64,000 nucleotides of DNA, taken from NCBI GenBank assembly GCA_036986275.1, contig BTRG01000004.1, positions 981 to 64,980 on the forward strand. Reading direction: 5' to 3'. The notes beneath the pieces were generated by a model. That model was not told where the DNA came from. It made no database searches and saw nothing but the letters and a program-made list of their open reading frames with translations. Position numbers and translations under genes: made by a program. Positions 26,321 through 36,834 of this stretch are shown piece after piece. Each line of letters begins with the position of its first letter. Position 1 is the first letter of the stretch. The stretch comes from Gammaproteobacteria bacterium (GTDB lineage: Bacteria > Pseudomonadota > Gammaproteobacteria > Acidiferrobacterales > SZUA-150).

Positions 26321-27249
26321 GACGCCTTCACCTTTCTGTTTGCAATCAGTTCGATAAAGACATCTTCCAGATCGGCCGTTTTGGTTTGCAGTTCCAATAC
26401 CTCCGCCCCACCCTTGCGCAACGTATCCAGTACATCAATGATAGAGTCTTCACTGCGATCTAACTGAAAAACCAATTGCGCACCAGCGCGTTCTTTTAGT
26501 TTGTTTGTCAGCACCTGTGGCAGGGTCCAGCCGGCATCGGCGACTTTCACACTCATGCATATGCGATTGCCTACACCGTGCTTTAACAAACCTTCCTTGG
26601 TATCCAGGGCTACAATCTCGCCATGATTGAGGATGGCAATGCGGTCACACAGCGATTCCGCTTCTTCCAGATAGTGTGTTGTCAGGACGATGGTGTGGCC
26701 ACGTTCGTGCATACGCTTGATGAACTGCCAAAGGGATTGGCGCAGTTCCACATCCACGCCTGCCGTGGGTTCATCGAGCACCACGACTTCAGGTTTGTGC
26801 ACCAGGGCCTGGGCCACCAGTACGCGACGCTTCATGCCCCCTGACAAACTGCGCATGTTGGCATCAGCCTTGTCTGCCAGCATCAAGGCATCCAGCAGTT
26901 CATTGATCCAGGGTTCCACTTCCGCACCCAGACCGAAGTAGCCGGCCTGTAGACGCAAGACCTCTCTGACAGAGAAGAAAGGATCAAACACCAGCTCTTG
27001 CGGAACGATGCCCAGGCAACGTCGACTGCGTCGATAGTCGATCACCACGTCATACCCCATGACCGACACTTGTCCGCCGTCGGCGCGTGTCAGACCGGCA
27101 ATGATATTAATCAGCGTGGACTTACCGGCGCCATTTGGACCCAATAGGCCAAAGAATTCACCCTGATGGATTTCCAGATCAACGCCCTTCAAGGCATGCA
27201 GTTCACCGAAACACTTGTGTGTTTCGCGAATAGAAATAGCACTGGACAT
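26317..27249 (-). CDS. ABC transporter ATP-binding protein (YadG/CcmA-like, ABC-2 exporter partner)
   Basis: Walker A GPNGAGKST, signature LSGGMKRR, Walker B VVVLDEPT. Confidence 0.88.
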   Translation of the reverse strand: MSSAISIRETHKCFGELHALKGVDLEIHQGEFFGLLGPNGAGKSTLINIIAGLTRADGGQVSVMGYDVVIDYRRSRRCLGIVPQELVFDPFFSVREVLRLQAGYFGLGAEVEPWINELLDALMLADKADANMRSLSGGMKRRVLVAQALVHKPEVVVLDEPTAGVDVELRQSLWQFIKRMHERGHTIVLTTHYLEEAESLCDRIAILNHGEIVALDTKEGLLKHGVGNRICMSVKVADAGWTLPQVLTNKLKERAGAQLVFQLDRSEDSIIDVLDTLRKGGAEVLELQTKTADLEDVFIELIANRKVKAS

Positions 27250-27251
27250 TG

Positions 27252-27569
27252 TCAGCTATGCGAAGACTGAAACAGGGATTGCAAGTTACTGACGTTGATC
27301 AGCTTGGTTAACTGTTCAGGTATGTTTTCAAACTGCAAAGAACGTCCAGCCTCCCTGGCCAGCCGCATCCATTCCAGCAGCAATGCCAGTCCGGCGCTAT
27401 CGACATGCCGCACCTGTTGCAGGTTGATGGTGACCGCCCCATCATGATCACACAACCAGGCATCGGTCTTTGCCAGCAACTCGGGCACGGTGGAGAAGGT
27501 CATCATACCTTCTATGCCATAGCTGCCGTTCTGGTGAATGGTGAAATGACTCTCCGGCATCAGGAACAA
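27252..27569 (-). CDS. mlaB: STAS-domain protein MlaB
   Basis: ~100-aa STAS/anti-sigma-antagonist-like protein, last gene of mlaFEDCB. Confidence 0.75.
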   Translation of the reverse strand: MFLMPESHFTIHQNGSYGIEGMMTFSTVPELLAKTDAWLCDHDGAVTINLQQVRHVDSAGLALLLEWMRLAREAGRSLQFENIPEQLTKLINVSNLQSLFQSSHS

Positions 27570-27576
27570 TCCTTAT

Positions 27577-28179
27577 TTATTTAGTACCCGGATTCTTATC
27601 GATACTGTTGATCAACGCATCCAGTCCCTGTTTGCGTACCTTGTCAGCATAAACGCTGCGATAATTCGTCACCAGGCTAATCCCCTCTATGGCAACATCA
27701 TAGACTTTCCAACTGCCGTTTTTATTGTAAAAACTGTAGTTCAAAGGGATATTAGGCCCACCCTTGGCTGATTTTATTTCTGTTTTAACAATGGCCTTTT
27801 TATCCGTGGGCTTGGCATGAAACGGCAGGTAAATAATTTCCTGATTGGTGTATTTCAGTAATGCTGTTGCATAAGTGCGCACCAGTAAACCCTCGAAGGC
27901 CTTGGTAAAACGAATACGCTGATCGGCATTGGCCGAACGCCAGTTACGGGATAACACCAACCGCGACATGGCGCTGAAATCAAAATGTGGCAGGATTTTC
28001 TCATACACCATTTGGTACAACTTGCTATTGTCCCGTTTGTAGATGGCATGATTCTTTTTTAACAGGACCAGAATTTTTTCGGTTGTATCCCGTACCAACT
28101 GGTCCGGCATGGCCTGGGCATTGACGGGCATTATCCAGAATATCAGGCATGATATTAAAATTACTCTTACTGAACTCAC
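27577..28179 (-). CDS. mlaC: Periplasmic phospholipid-binding protein MlaC (Ttg2D family)
   Basis: Signal peptide, 200 aa, Tol/Ttg2D-like sequence. Position between mlaD and mlaB. Confidence 0.85.
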   Translation of the reverse strand: MSSVRVILISCLIFWIMPVNAQAMPDQLVRDTTEKILVLLKKNHAIYKRDNSKLYQMVYEKILPHFDFSAMSRLVLSRNWRSANADQRIRFTKAFEGLLVRTYATALLKYTNQEIIYLPFHAKPTDKKAIVKTEIKSAKGGPNIPLNYSFYNKNGSWKVYDVAIEGISLVTNYRSVYADKVRKQGLDALINSIDKNPGTK

Positions 28180-28213
28180 ACTTCTTCTCCTGACTTACCG
28201 TTCACATGTGGCA

Positions 28214-28693
28214 TTATTTTGATGCCGGTGTTTCCTCGGCCTTGCTATAGAGAAACTGACTGATCAATTTTTCCAATACCAGCGCCGATTGTGTCACCAG
28301 TAATTCATCTCCTTCCTTCAGAGACTCATCCGCACCACCAGGCTCCAGAGAAATATACTGCTCGCCCAATAAACCGGCGGTCAGTATGGTGGCGCCACTA
28401 TCACTGGGAATCTTGTGATAACTACTATCAATTTTCATCGTTACCAGGGCGTAGAAATTTTCATCGATCTTGATATCGGAGACGCGCCCGACACGCACAC
28501 CGCCTATGGTAACGGGTGCCCGTGTTTTCAACTGGCCAATATTGTCGAAACGGGCCTGCACATGATAGGCCTCATTGACACTGGCTGTGCTGAGATTGCC
28601 TACTTTCATGGCCAGAAATACCAACGCAATAATACCTGCCAGGACAAATACCCCTACTGCCAATTCCATTGCCTTATTCGAACCCATAATCAA
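28214..28693 (-). CDS. mlaD: MCE-domain protein MlaD
   Basis: N-terminal TM anchor plus MCE domain (F.NI..L...APV...GV.VG.V..I). 159 aa. Confidence 0.9.
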   Translation of the reverse strand: MIMGSNKAMELAVGVFVLAGIIALVFLAMKVGNLSTASVNEAYHVQARFDNIGQLKTRAPVTIGGVRVGRVSDIKIDENFYALVTMKIDSSYHKIPSDSGATILTAGLLGEQYISLEPGGADESLKEGDELLVTQSALVLEKLISQFLYSKAEETPASK

Positions 28694-29481
28694 ATTTCTC
28701 CAAACATGAGAGATGTCAGCACAAAATCCAGCCCCAATACCGCCAACGAAGCATTGACAACTGTTCGTGTCGTGGCCCGGCTCACCCCTTCCGAAGTCGG
28801 CACGCAGTCATAGCCCTCAAACACGGCAATCCAGGTCACCACAAACCCGAATACCACACTCTTGATCACGCCATTTAAAACATCATCATAAAAATCCACA
28901 CCGCTTTGCATGCGTGACCAAAAGATACCGTCATCAACACCGATCAGGCCCACGCCCACAATTTGGCCGCCCCACACACCCATGGCAGTGAAAATAGCGG
29001 CCAGCAAGGGCATGGATATCAAGCCGGCCAGGAAACGCGGTGCGATCACACGGGTCAAAGGATTCACGGCCATCATCTCCATGCCCGCCAACTGTTCCGT
29101 GGCCTTCATCAGACCAATCTCGGCCGTCAGCGCCGACCCGGCACGACCGGCAAATAACAGGGCCGCGACCACCGGTCCCAGCTCACGTGTCAGAGACAAG
29201 GCCACCAACAAACCCAGCGACGATTCGGCACCGAAATCAGACAAGGTGTAATAACCCTGCAGGCCCAGCACCATACCGACAAACAAACCGGACACGGTAA
29301 TAATGAGCAGGGTAAGCACGCCGACGGAAAAAATCTGATGACGTACCAGGTTAAATCGCGCCAATGCCGTAAAGGTCCCGGCCAACACCTCGGTGATAAA
29401 AACACTGGCCCGGCCCGTGCGTTCCACCCGCCCCAGGACCCAATGACCCAGCTGACGAATATAATTCAAGACAGAGCTCAT
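28690..29481 (-). CDS. mlaE: Phospholipid ABC transporter permease MlaE
   Basis: 263-aa MlaE/Ttg2B family ([23 protein letters not shown]). Overlaps both flanking genes by 4 nt. Confidence 0.93.
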   Translation of the reverse strand: MSSVLNYIRQLGHWVLGRVERTGRASVFITEVLAGTFTALARFNLVRHQIFSVGVLTLLIITVSGLFVGMVLGLQGYYTLSDFGAESSLGLLVALSLTRELGPVVAALLFAGRAGSALTAEIGLMKATEQLAGMEMMAVNPLTRVIAPRFLAGLISMPLLAAIFTAMGVWGGQIVGVGLIGVDDGIFWSRMQSGVDFYDDVLNGVIKSVVFGFVVTWIAVFEGYDCVPTSEGVSRATTRTVVNASLAVLGLDFVLTSLMFGEI

Positions 29482-30290
29482 CTATCCGCCCCATCCAGCA
29501 GGTCCTGAACATATTCAGCGGCTGGATAATGAAAGGGCACCGGACCATCCGGCAGACCATTCATGAACTGCTTTACATCTTCACCCTCGGAAGCCAGCAT
29601 TTCAGCCGCATTGCCTTGGGCGATCACCTTGCCACCGCCGACAAGGTAGACATAATCGGCAATGGTGCACGCCTCTTCCACATCATGTGTCACTACGATG
29701 GAAGTCATACCCAGGGCATCATTCAGTTCGCGTATCAATTTAACAGTGATGCCCTTGGAGATTGGATCCAGACCGGTAAAGGGCTCGTCATACATCACCA
29801 TCATGGGGTCCAGGGCAATGGCCCGCGCCAGTGCGACCCGCCGCGCCATGCCCCCGGACAACTCGGCAGGCATCAGTCTGTGTGCGCCGCGCAGACCCAC
29901 CAGTTCAAGCTTGAGCAGCACCAGCGTGCGTATCAGCGTCTCCGGCAGTCGCGTGTGCTCACGTATGGGAAAGGCCACGTTTTCGAACACGGACAGATCG
30001 GTGAGCAGGGCCCCGGACTGAAACAACAGGCCCATACGCTTGCGCAGGGTGTAAAGCTCACGGGTCTTTAATGCAGGAACCGACAAACCGTCCACGCGCA
30101 CATCCCCTGCCGCCGGACGGAGACGACCACCAATAAGATTCAACAAGGTGGTCTTGCCGGTACCGCTGCCACCCAGTATGACCGTCACTTTAGCGCGCGG
30201 AATCTTGAGTGACAGGCCGTTAAAAATGGCGCGCTCGCCACGATAGAAAACGACCTCATCCAGATCTACCAGTGATTCGGATTCCACCAA
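29478..30290 (-). CDS. mlaF: Phospholipid ABC transporter ATP-binding protein MlaF
   Basis: Walker [10 protein letters not shown], signature LSGGMARR, Walker [10 protein letters not shown]. Confidence 0.93.
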   Translation of the reverse strand: MVESESLVDLDEVVFYRGERAIFNGLSLKIPRAKVTVILGGSGTGKTTLLNLIGGRLRPAAGDVRVDGLSVPALKTRELYTLRKRMGLLFQSGALLTDLSVFENVAFPIREHTRLPETLIRTLVLLKLELVGLRGAHRLMPAELSGGMARRVALARAIALDPMMVMYDEPFTGLDPISKGITVKLIRELNDALGMTSIVVTHDVEEACTIADYVYLVGGGKVIAQGNAAEMLASEGEDVKQFMNGLPDGPVPFHYPAAEYVQDLLDGADR

Positions 30291-30382
30291 GAGTGCCTAG
30301 CTTCCTGTTTGTTATTAATTTTCAATTTATCCGCCGGTCAGTATACCGACTCATTGCCGGCGGCGCCTCAACCGGGAAAGCA

Positions 30383-31066
30383 TTAGACACCCAGCAACTC
30401 GGCCACGATCCGGGCCTGCTGTGCCTGTTGGGGCGCCCTGAGCCCATCAAAAAACAAACCAGCCAGGCGTTCACCGCCGGCATAAGCCGCCAGTGCTTCG
30501 ATAATTTCTCGTAGCGTTCTGGGATCAACCACCCCCCCGGCATCGACCACCGCCAGCAAACACGCCCCCGGTTGCTCAGGCCTGCAGCCCTCAGCGGGGT
30601 ACCAAACACTGCCAATGGAAGTGTCATTTCTCTCAGCATTGACGGTTCCAGGGTACACGGCCAGGGGGAAAGATCCGGCTATGCATTTTACTACACGGGC
30701 AAGCTGTTCAACTGTGGCAAACTGTTTGCGATCACCCAGCACCAGCGCCGCTACCCGTGTAGCGATGGGGGCGATCTGCTGCTGCCAGGCCTGCCATACC
30801 GCCGCCACGGCTTCGTCGCTCTCTGCATTGACCATGGCCGGGGGCAACTCCGGAAAAAACCTGAAGGCATCATCACAATCTTCCAGCCAGGCTTCAACAG
30901 TATCCATAGTCGTATCGGCCCAGATTGTGGCCGGCACCATCAAGGCACGTACATTATTGGTGTGGAAGCAGAAGCGCCATTCACCGGGCAATTCTTCCGG
31001 ATAGTAGTCCCCCACCCAGGCATCGACATCCCAGTCGCGGGTTCCTATAAAAATTTCGTCATTCAT
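30383..31066 (-). CDS. Hypothetical protein, weak DUF72 (YecE/UPF0759)-like features
   Basis: Start reassigned to MNDEIFIGTRDWD. IGT.DW....W.G.YYPEELP and the C-terminal LFFDG......A.....LLG resemble the DUF72 termini. The assignment is tentative. Confidence 0.4.
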   Translation of the reverse strand: MNDEIFIGTRDWDVDAWVGDYYPEELPGEWRFCFHTNNVRALMVPATIWADTTMDTVEAWLEDCDDAFRFFPELPPAMVNAESDEAVAAVWQAWQQQIAPIATRVAALVLGDRKQFATVEQLARVVKCIAGSFPLAVYPGTVNAERNDTSIGSVWYPAEGCRPEQPGACLLAVVDAGGVVDPRTLREIIEALAAYAGGERLAGLFFDGLRAPQQAQQARIVAELLGV

Positions 31067-31170
31067 GATCGTCTCGATTGATTCGGTCCACACCGGTTCT
31101 TTCGTTATCAGCAGGACGCTCTGATATACTGTCGGCAAGGTTACCGCAATCACGGCCCCATACACCACGC

Positions 31171-32145
31171 ATGACGCACACCCCTACATTCAGCGAACTT
31201 GGCAAAGAAGTCATACAACTTGAGCGTGACGCCATCGACGCGCTGTTATCGCGCCTTGATGACAGCTTTAATGCCGCCTGCGAGCTAATCCTCAAAACCC
31301 AGGGCCGCGTGGTGGTCACAGGCATGGGTAAGTCCGGCCACATTGGCAGCAAGATCGCCGCCACCCTGGCCAGCACCGGCACGCCGTCTTTCTTTGTCCA
31401 TCCCGGTGAAGCCAGTCATGGCGACCTGGGCATGATCACACCGGAGGACACTGTACTGGCGATCTCCAACTCCGGCGAGACCCGCGAGATACTGACCATA
31501 CTCCCTATCGTCAAGCGCATGGGTGCCAAACTGATCGCCATGAGTGGCAACAACGCCTCCAGCCTCGCCCGGCAGGCCGATGTCGCACTTAACGTAGGCG
31601 TTGAAAAAGAAGCCTGCCCCTTGAACCTGGCCCCCACGTCCAGCACCACTGCGACACTGGCCATGGGCGATGCCCTGGCGGTCTCGCTCTATCATGCCCG
31701 CGGTTTCACCGAAGAAGACTTCGCTCGCTCGCATCCCGGTGGGCAGTTGGGCAGGCGTCTATTACTCTATGTCAGCGACATCATGCATCAGGGCGAACAA
31801 ATCCCGCTGGTGCGGGAACATGCCAGCCTGCGGGATGCCTTGCTGGAAATGACCAGCAAGGGTCTGGGTATGACCGGCATCGTCGACAAGAGCAATATAC
31901 TACGAGGTATTTTTACTGATGGCGATCTACGCCGCGTACTAAACGATGATATCGATGTGCGTACCGCTGCCATTAAAGATGTGATGACTGCACACCCCAA
32001 AACCACCACAGCCGATCGCCTGGCAGCCGAGACGGTACAGCTAATGCGCAGCAAGCAAATTAATGGTTTGTTTGTCATCGATGCCGGGGGTTGTGTCGTC
32101 GGCGCACTCAATATGCACGATTTACTGAAAGCAGGAATTGTTTAA
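31171..32145 (+). CDS. kdsD: Arabinose-5-phosphate isomerase KdsD (SIS plus tandem CBS)
   Basis: Start reassigned to MTHTPTF. G.VVVTGMGKSGHIG.KIAATLASTGTP.FFVHP.EA.HGDLGM, followed by a CBS pair. Confidence 0.93.
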   Translation: MTHTPTFSELGKEVIQLERDAIDALLSRLDDSFNAACELILKTQGRVVVTGMGKSGHIGSKIAATLASTGTPSFFVHPGEASHGDLGMITPEDTVLAISNSGETREILTILPIVKRMGAKLIAMSGNNASSLARQADVALNVGVEKEACPLNLAPTSSTTATLAMGDALAVSLYHARGFTEEDFARSHPGGQLGRRLLLYVSDIMHQGEQIPLVREHASLRDALLEMTSKGLGMTGIVDKSNILRGIFTDGDLRRVLNDDIDVRTAAIKDVMTAHPKTTTADRLAAETVQLMRSKQINGLFVIDAGGCVVGALNMHDLLKAGIV

Positions 32146-32699
32146 TGACCGAGTTGTACTCCCTTCCCTTCCCTGTTGACAACAACGTCATTGAACGCGC
32201 CAGGAAAATCAAACTGGTATTGTTTGATGTCGATGGCGTACTCACCAATAGTCAGCTATTTATCGGTGATGATGGACAAGAGTACAAGGCCTTTAATTCG
32301 CGCGATGGTCATGGAATCAAAATGTTACAACGTACAGGCGTCGACACGGGTATTATTACCGGCAGGACTTCCAGGGTGGTTGAGCATCGCGTGGCTGATC
32401 TCGGCATCAAACATTTGTTTCAGGGTTGTCTGGACAAGCTACCCGTATACGAGGAACTGTGTTCATCACTCAATTTAAGTTATGAGGAAACTGCCTTTGT
32501 AGGAGATGATGTGGTTGACCTTCCCATTATGATCAAGGTAGGGCTTGCTATCACTGTCCATGATGGACACACCATGGTCAAGGCACATGCCCACTGGACC
32601 ACACCCGGCAATGGTGGTCAGGGTGCCGCCCGTGAACTCTGTGAAATGATCATGCATGCGCAGGGGCATTATACAACTACCATGCAATCCTATCTTTGA
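32145..32699 (+). CDS. kdsC: 3-deoxy-D-manno-octulosonate 8-phosphate phosphatase KdsC
   Basis: Start reassigned to the ATG sharing the A of the kdsD TAA (TAATG). Has the HAD motif LVLFDVDGVLT and GDD..DLP. Confidence 0.9.
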   Translation: MTELYSLPFPVDNNVIERARKIKLVLFDVDGVLTNSQLFIGDDGQEYKAFNSRDGHGIKMLQRTGVDTGIITGRTSRVVEHRVADLGIKHLFQGCLDKLPVYEELCSSLNLSYEETAFVGDDVVDLPIMIKVGLAITVHDGHTMVKAHAHWTTPGNGGQGAARELCEMIMHAQGHYTTTMQSYL

Positions 32700-32705
32700 A
32701 ATATC

Positions 32706-33143
32706 ATGTCTTCTGGTGCCACGTATCTTGCCGGCGTTATTATCCTTGCGCTACTGGTGGCTACCAGTTTGTGGCTGAATCAGGTATTTACCACGCCCAC
32801 GGTGATAAACCAAGGGGAGGCCAAGACACACGAATACACTATGGAGTATTTCACGGCCACGGTCATGAACAAGCAAGGCAGGCCTATATACACCCTGACA
32901 GCCAACAGCCTGCATGAATCAACAGCAGGCCAGGGTGCCGTTCTGGATCAACCCCGACTGGTCCAATATAGCGAAACCGAATCACCTGTCTACACCCGCG
33001 CTGATCGCGGGTATCTATCAAAAGATCGCAAGCATATAACCATGCAAGGTCATGTCAAAGTGACGCGCAGGGCCAGTACGGACAAACCCGATGAAGCGCA
33101 TGGCGTGATTACGACACGGGAACTGGAGATCGCACTGGAGTGA
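32706..33143 (+). CDS. lptC: LPS export protein LptC
   Basis: N-terminal TM anchor, 145 aa. Position between kdsC and lptA, and overlaps lptA by 4 nt. Confidence 0.75.
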   Translation: MSSGATYLAGVIILALLVATSLWLNQVFTTPTVINQGEAKTHEYTMEYFTATVMNKQGRPIYTLTANSLHESTAGQGAVLDQPRLVQYSETESPVYTRADRGYLSKDRKHITMQGHVKVTRRASTDKPDEAHGVITTRELEIALE

Positions 33144-33625
33144 AGCGTATTCTCATATTGTTCTGCTTCATTCCTGCACTGGTTCTGGGCGCTCCCCAAA
33201 AACTCCCCATCACCTTACAGGCAAACAAGATCATTGCTGACCAGAAAAACGGAGTCATGACTTACATCGGCAATGTTGTCATCAAACAGGGCAGCATGAT
33301 ATTGCGAGCAGACAAAGCCAGAGTCACCGGCAAACCTGGCAATCCCGAGCATATAAGCGCATGGGGATCTCTGTTACACATACAGCATGTATTAGATGGT
33401 GAACTCGTGCATGCCTGGGCCCGGCGTGCGGAACACAAGATCAATAGCAATATCATCGATCTCTACAATGACGCTAAGATACATCAAGGTAAAGATACCC
33501 TGAAGGCGCAACACATACGCTATGACATCAACAAAGAAAAAGTTATTGCTGAAACCCGGGACGGACGAGCGCCAGTACGTGCCATTTTGTTTCCCCGCAA
33601 AAACACGGATAAGGGCGCATCATGA
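33140..33625 (+). CDS. lptA: LPS export periplasmic protein LptA (OstA-like)
   Basis: Signal peptide. PI.L.A......Q..G...Y.GNV...QGS....AD...V is the OstA N-terminal jellyroll pattern. Confidence 0.85.
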   Translation: MKRILILFCFIPALVLGAPQKLPITLQANKIIADQKNGVMTYIGNVVIKQGSMILRADKARVTGKPGNPEHISAWGSLLHIQHVLDGELVHAWARRAEHKINSNIIDLYNDAKIHQGKDTLKAQHIRYDINKEKVIAETRDGRAPVRAILFPRKNTDKGAS

Positions 33626-34347
33626 GTATCTTGCGCAGCGAACATCTTAAAAAAGGCTATCGCGAACGCGAGGTTGTGCGTGATGTCTCGCTAGAGCTAA
33701 AAAGCGGCGAAGTCGTCGGCTTATTGGGGCCCAATGGTGCCGGCAAAACAACCTGTTTTTATATGATCGTGGGCCTGGTGCCGATGGATAAGGGGACCAT
33801 CATGCTCGATGATCGCGATATTGGCTCGCTGCCCATGCACAAACGGGCCCGACTGGGCCTGGGTTATCTGCCACAAGAACCCTCTGTTTTTCGTAAACTC
33901 ACCGTTTCCCAAAATATTCTCGCCATCCTGGAGACCCGCAAGGACCTGGATACAACCCAACGCCGGCAACGACTGGAAGACCTGCTACACGACCTCAATA
34001 TTGCCGAGCGCCGGGATACTCTGGGGATCAGCCTTTCCGGCGGTGAGCGTCGACGCGTGGAAATCGCCCGCGCGCTGGCCACTGAACCCCGCTTCATCTT
34101 GCTGGACGAACCCTTTGCCGGGGTAGACCCCATCTCGGTCATTGAGATTCAACAGTTAATCAAACACTTACAGGATAGAGATATTGGCGTACTCATTACC
34201 GATCATAATGTAAGGGAAACTCTCAATATCTGTGATCACGCCTACATTCTTAATGATGGAATTATACTGACAGCGGGAACGCCGGAGCACATACTGGAGC
34301 ATGAAGACGTAAAACGCGTCTATCTTGGTGAAAATTTCCGCCTGTAA
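33622..34347 (+). CDS. lptB: LPS export ABC transporter ATP-binding protein LptB
   Basis: Walker [10 protein letters not shown], signature LSGGERRR, Walker [14 protein letters not shown]. 241 aa. Confidence 0.96.
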   Translation: MSILRSEHLKKGYREREVVRDVSLELKSGEVVGLLGPNGAGKTTCFYMIVGLVPMDKGTIMLDDRDIGSLPMHKRARLGLGYLPQEPSVFRKLTVSQNILAILETRKDLDTTQRRQRLEDLLHDLNIAERRDTLGISLSGGERRRVEIARALATEPRFILLDEPFAGVDPISVIEIQQLIKHLQDRDIGVLITDHNVRETLNICDHAYILNDGIILTAGTPEHILEHEDVKRVYLGENFRL

Positions 34348-34474
34348 CCAGGCCAATCAGGACTACATGTCAAGCCAGAAAATGGGCTACACTAAAAGTA
34401 CAAGACAGAATAACGGGGACGAAACCGGGGTTGTAGTACATCATTACAGTCATTCGTCCTGTTGATTTTATCCA

Positions 34475-35983
34475 ATGAAACAAACACTTGAATTCAAGCT
34501 CGGTCAACATCTGGCCATCACACCACAACTGCAACAGGCGATACGTCTGTTGCAATTATCCTCCATAGAACTGCAGCAGGAAATTCAGGAAGCCCTGGAA
34601 AGCAACCCCATGCTGGAAGAAGGCGAAGAGGAATCCGCGGAAGACCGTGATACAGAGAACACGGAATCATCAGACAAAAATGGCCAGGAAAGCGGCTCGC
34701 TGGAACCCACTGATATACGCATGGAGTCATCCGACACCCAGGATGATGGCATGGGTGCCGATAACTATTCCGCCGAGGATGGTGAGGTCGGTGACTGGGG
34801 TAGCGCATCTGATACATCCAACAGTTCTACATCTTCGAACAACAGCAGTGATGACTTTCCAGATATCGAATCCCGCAATGCCCTGCCCCAGTCTCTGACC
34901 GATCACCTGGAGTGGCAACTGCAAATGTCTACCTTCTCCGACCGGGATTTGAAAATAGCCTATGCCATAATCGATAGCATCAGTGAGGATGGTTATCTGT
35001 GTACAGCGCTGGAAGACATACAGAACACGCTTAATAAAGACGAGGAAGATTCTATTGAGATAGATGAAATAGAGGCCGTCCTACACCGTATACAGAACTT
35101 CGATCCGGTAGGAGTCGGCGCACGCGACCTCTCTGAATGTATACAACTGCAATTACGTATACTGGACGACGACACACCCTTCCTGGAACAGGCCAGACTG
35201 CTGGCAACTAAAGAACATTTGGCTACTCTGGCCAATCGTGACACCGCCTCCCTCAAACGTAAACTGCGACTGCGCCAGGAAGAACTGCAGCAGGCAATAC
35301 TGCTCATCCAGCATCAGAATCCAAGGCCCGGCGGAGCCATCTCCACCAGCCACGCCGCCTATATCGTTCCCGATATTATTGTCAAAAAGGTCAAGAGTGT
35401 CTGGCGTGCTGATCTCAATAGCGATGTCTCACCCAGATTACGCATTAATAAAATCTACGAAAAACTGATACAACGAGGAAAAGCCAGCAACGATAAAAAG
35501 TATTTACAAGAGCAGCTGCAACAGGCACGCTGGCTCATCAAAAGCCTCAATAGTCGTAATGAAACCCTGCTCAAGGTATCACGCATGATTGTAGACCGGC
35601 AACGAGCATTTTTTAACCACGGCGCGGAGGCCATGAAACCACTGGTGCTGCACGATATTGCCGAGGCTGTAGAGATGCACGAGTCCACGATTTCGCGCAT
35701 TACCACCAATAAATACATGCTTACCCCCAGAGGCATTTTTGAATTAAAATACTTCTTTTCCAGCCATGTTGGAACAGCGGATGGGGGCACATGTTCGGCC
35801 ACTGCAATCAGATCACTAATAAAAAAACTGGTTGCCGGTGAACCATCACATAAACCTATTAGTGACAGCGCTATTGCGCAGTTGCTGGAAGACCAAGGCA
35901 TTAATGTTGCACGGCGGACTATTGCCAAGTATCGGGAGTCCATGAACATACCGCCGTCCAATCAGAGAAAATCACTGATCTAG
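34475..35983 (+). CDS. rpoN: RNA polymerase sigma-54 factor
   Basis: N-terminal Q/L-rich region I (LAITPQLQQAIRLLQLS..EL), an acidic linker, and the C-terminal RpoN box ARRTIAKYRE. Confidence 0.96.
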   Translation: MKQTLEFKLGQHLAITPQLQQAIRLLQLSSIELQQEIQEALESNPMLEEGEEESAEDRDTENTESSDKNGQESGSLEPTDIRMESSDTQDDGMGADNYSAEDGEVGDWGSASDTSNSSTSSNNSSDDFPDIESRNALPQSLTDHLEWQLQMSTFSDRDLKIAYAIIDSISEDGYLCTALEDIQNTLNKDEEDSIEIDEIEAVLHRIQNFDPVGVGARDLSECIQLQLRILDDDTPFLEQARLLATKEHLATLANRDTASLKRKLRLRQEELQQAILLIQHQNPRPGGAISTSHAAYIVPDIIVKKVKSVWRADLNSDVSPRLRINKIYEKLIQRGKASNDKKYLQEQLQQARWLIKSLNSRNETLLKVSRMIVDRQRAFFNHGAEAMKPLVLHDIAEAVEMHESTISRITTNKYMLTPRGIFELKYFFSSHVGTADGGTCSATAIRSLIKKLVAGEPSHKPISDSAIAQLLEDQGINVARRTIAKYRESMNIPPSNQRKSLI

Positions 35984-36007
35984 TTTATTCACAGGAGGAG
36001 ACCATAC

Positions 36008-36334
36008 ATGCAGATCAATATCACCGGACACCAAGTAGAGGTTACCGATGCACTTAAAGACTACGCATCTGAAAAAATAGGTCGAGTAGAAAAACACTTC
36101 GACCGCATGACAACTACCAACATTGTCCTGCATGTGGAAAAGACGCGACATATGGCTGAAGCCACCGTCAACGCCAAGGGTGCAACCATACATGCCAATG
36201 CAGAAGGTAAAGATATGTATGCTGCAATTGACGCCCTCTCTGACAAACTGGATCGCCAGGTAATCAAACACAAGGAAAAGACCACTGACCACCACAGAGA
36301 CGATGGCCGGGCAAAGAAGAATGCTGCCATCTAG
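36008..36334 (+). CDS. hpf: Ribosome hibernation promoting factor (short HPF/YhbH)
   Basis: MQINITGHQVEVTDALKDY...K..R.EKHFD; 108 aa; directly after rpoN. Confidence 0.92.
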   Translation: MQINITGHQVEVTDALKDYASEKIGRVEKHFDRMTTTNIVLHVEKTRHMAEATVNAKGATIHANAEGKDMYAAIDALSDKLDRQVIKHKEKTTDHHRDDGRAKKNAAI

Positions 36335-36375
36335 CTTACAACATAACACCTTTGTTTTAGCGCTCAACCAAAGTC

Positions 36376-36834
36376 ATGCAAATTAACGAACTTATATCAC
36401 CGCAACGAATCAACCAGTCCCTGCCTGCAACAAGCAAAAAGAAGCTGCTGGAAGAAATTAGCGGTTTGCTACACCAGGATGAACCTGATGTTGATGAAAA
36501 TGCTGCCTTTCATTCCCTGATTGAGCGGGAACGACTGGGCAGCACCGGCATTGGCCATGGCATTGCCCTACCCCATGGACGACTACGTGGCTTACAAAAA
36601 GCCATTGGTGCATTTGCCGTTCTGGAAAATGAAATGGAATTTGATGCGATAGACAATAAACCCGTAAAAATGGTCTTCGCCTTACTGGTACCGGAACATG
36701 CCAATGAAGAACATCTGAAACTGTTATCCCAGTTGGCAGGTATATTCGATAATGCGGAAACACGCGAACTACTACTGCACGCCAGCAATAAAGACGAGAT
36801 TTATCAGTATCTCACAAGCCGGGATGATGGGTGA
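36376..36834 (+). CDS. ptsN: Nitrogen-regulatory PTS EIIA(Ntr)
   Basis: EIIA-2 fold with the phospho-His context GIGHGIALPHGRL. 152 aa. Confidence 0.92.
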   Translation: MQINELISPQRINQSLPATSKKKLLEEISGLLHQDEPDVDENAAFHSLIERERLGSTGIGHGIALPHGRLRGLQKAIGAFAVLENEMEFDAIDNKPVKMVFALLVPEHANEEHLKLLSQLAGIFDNAETRELLLHASNKDEIYQYLTSRDDG

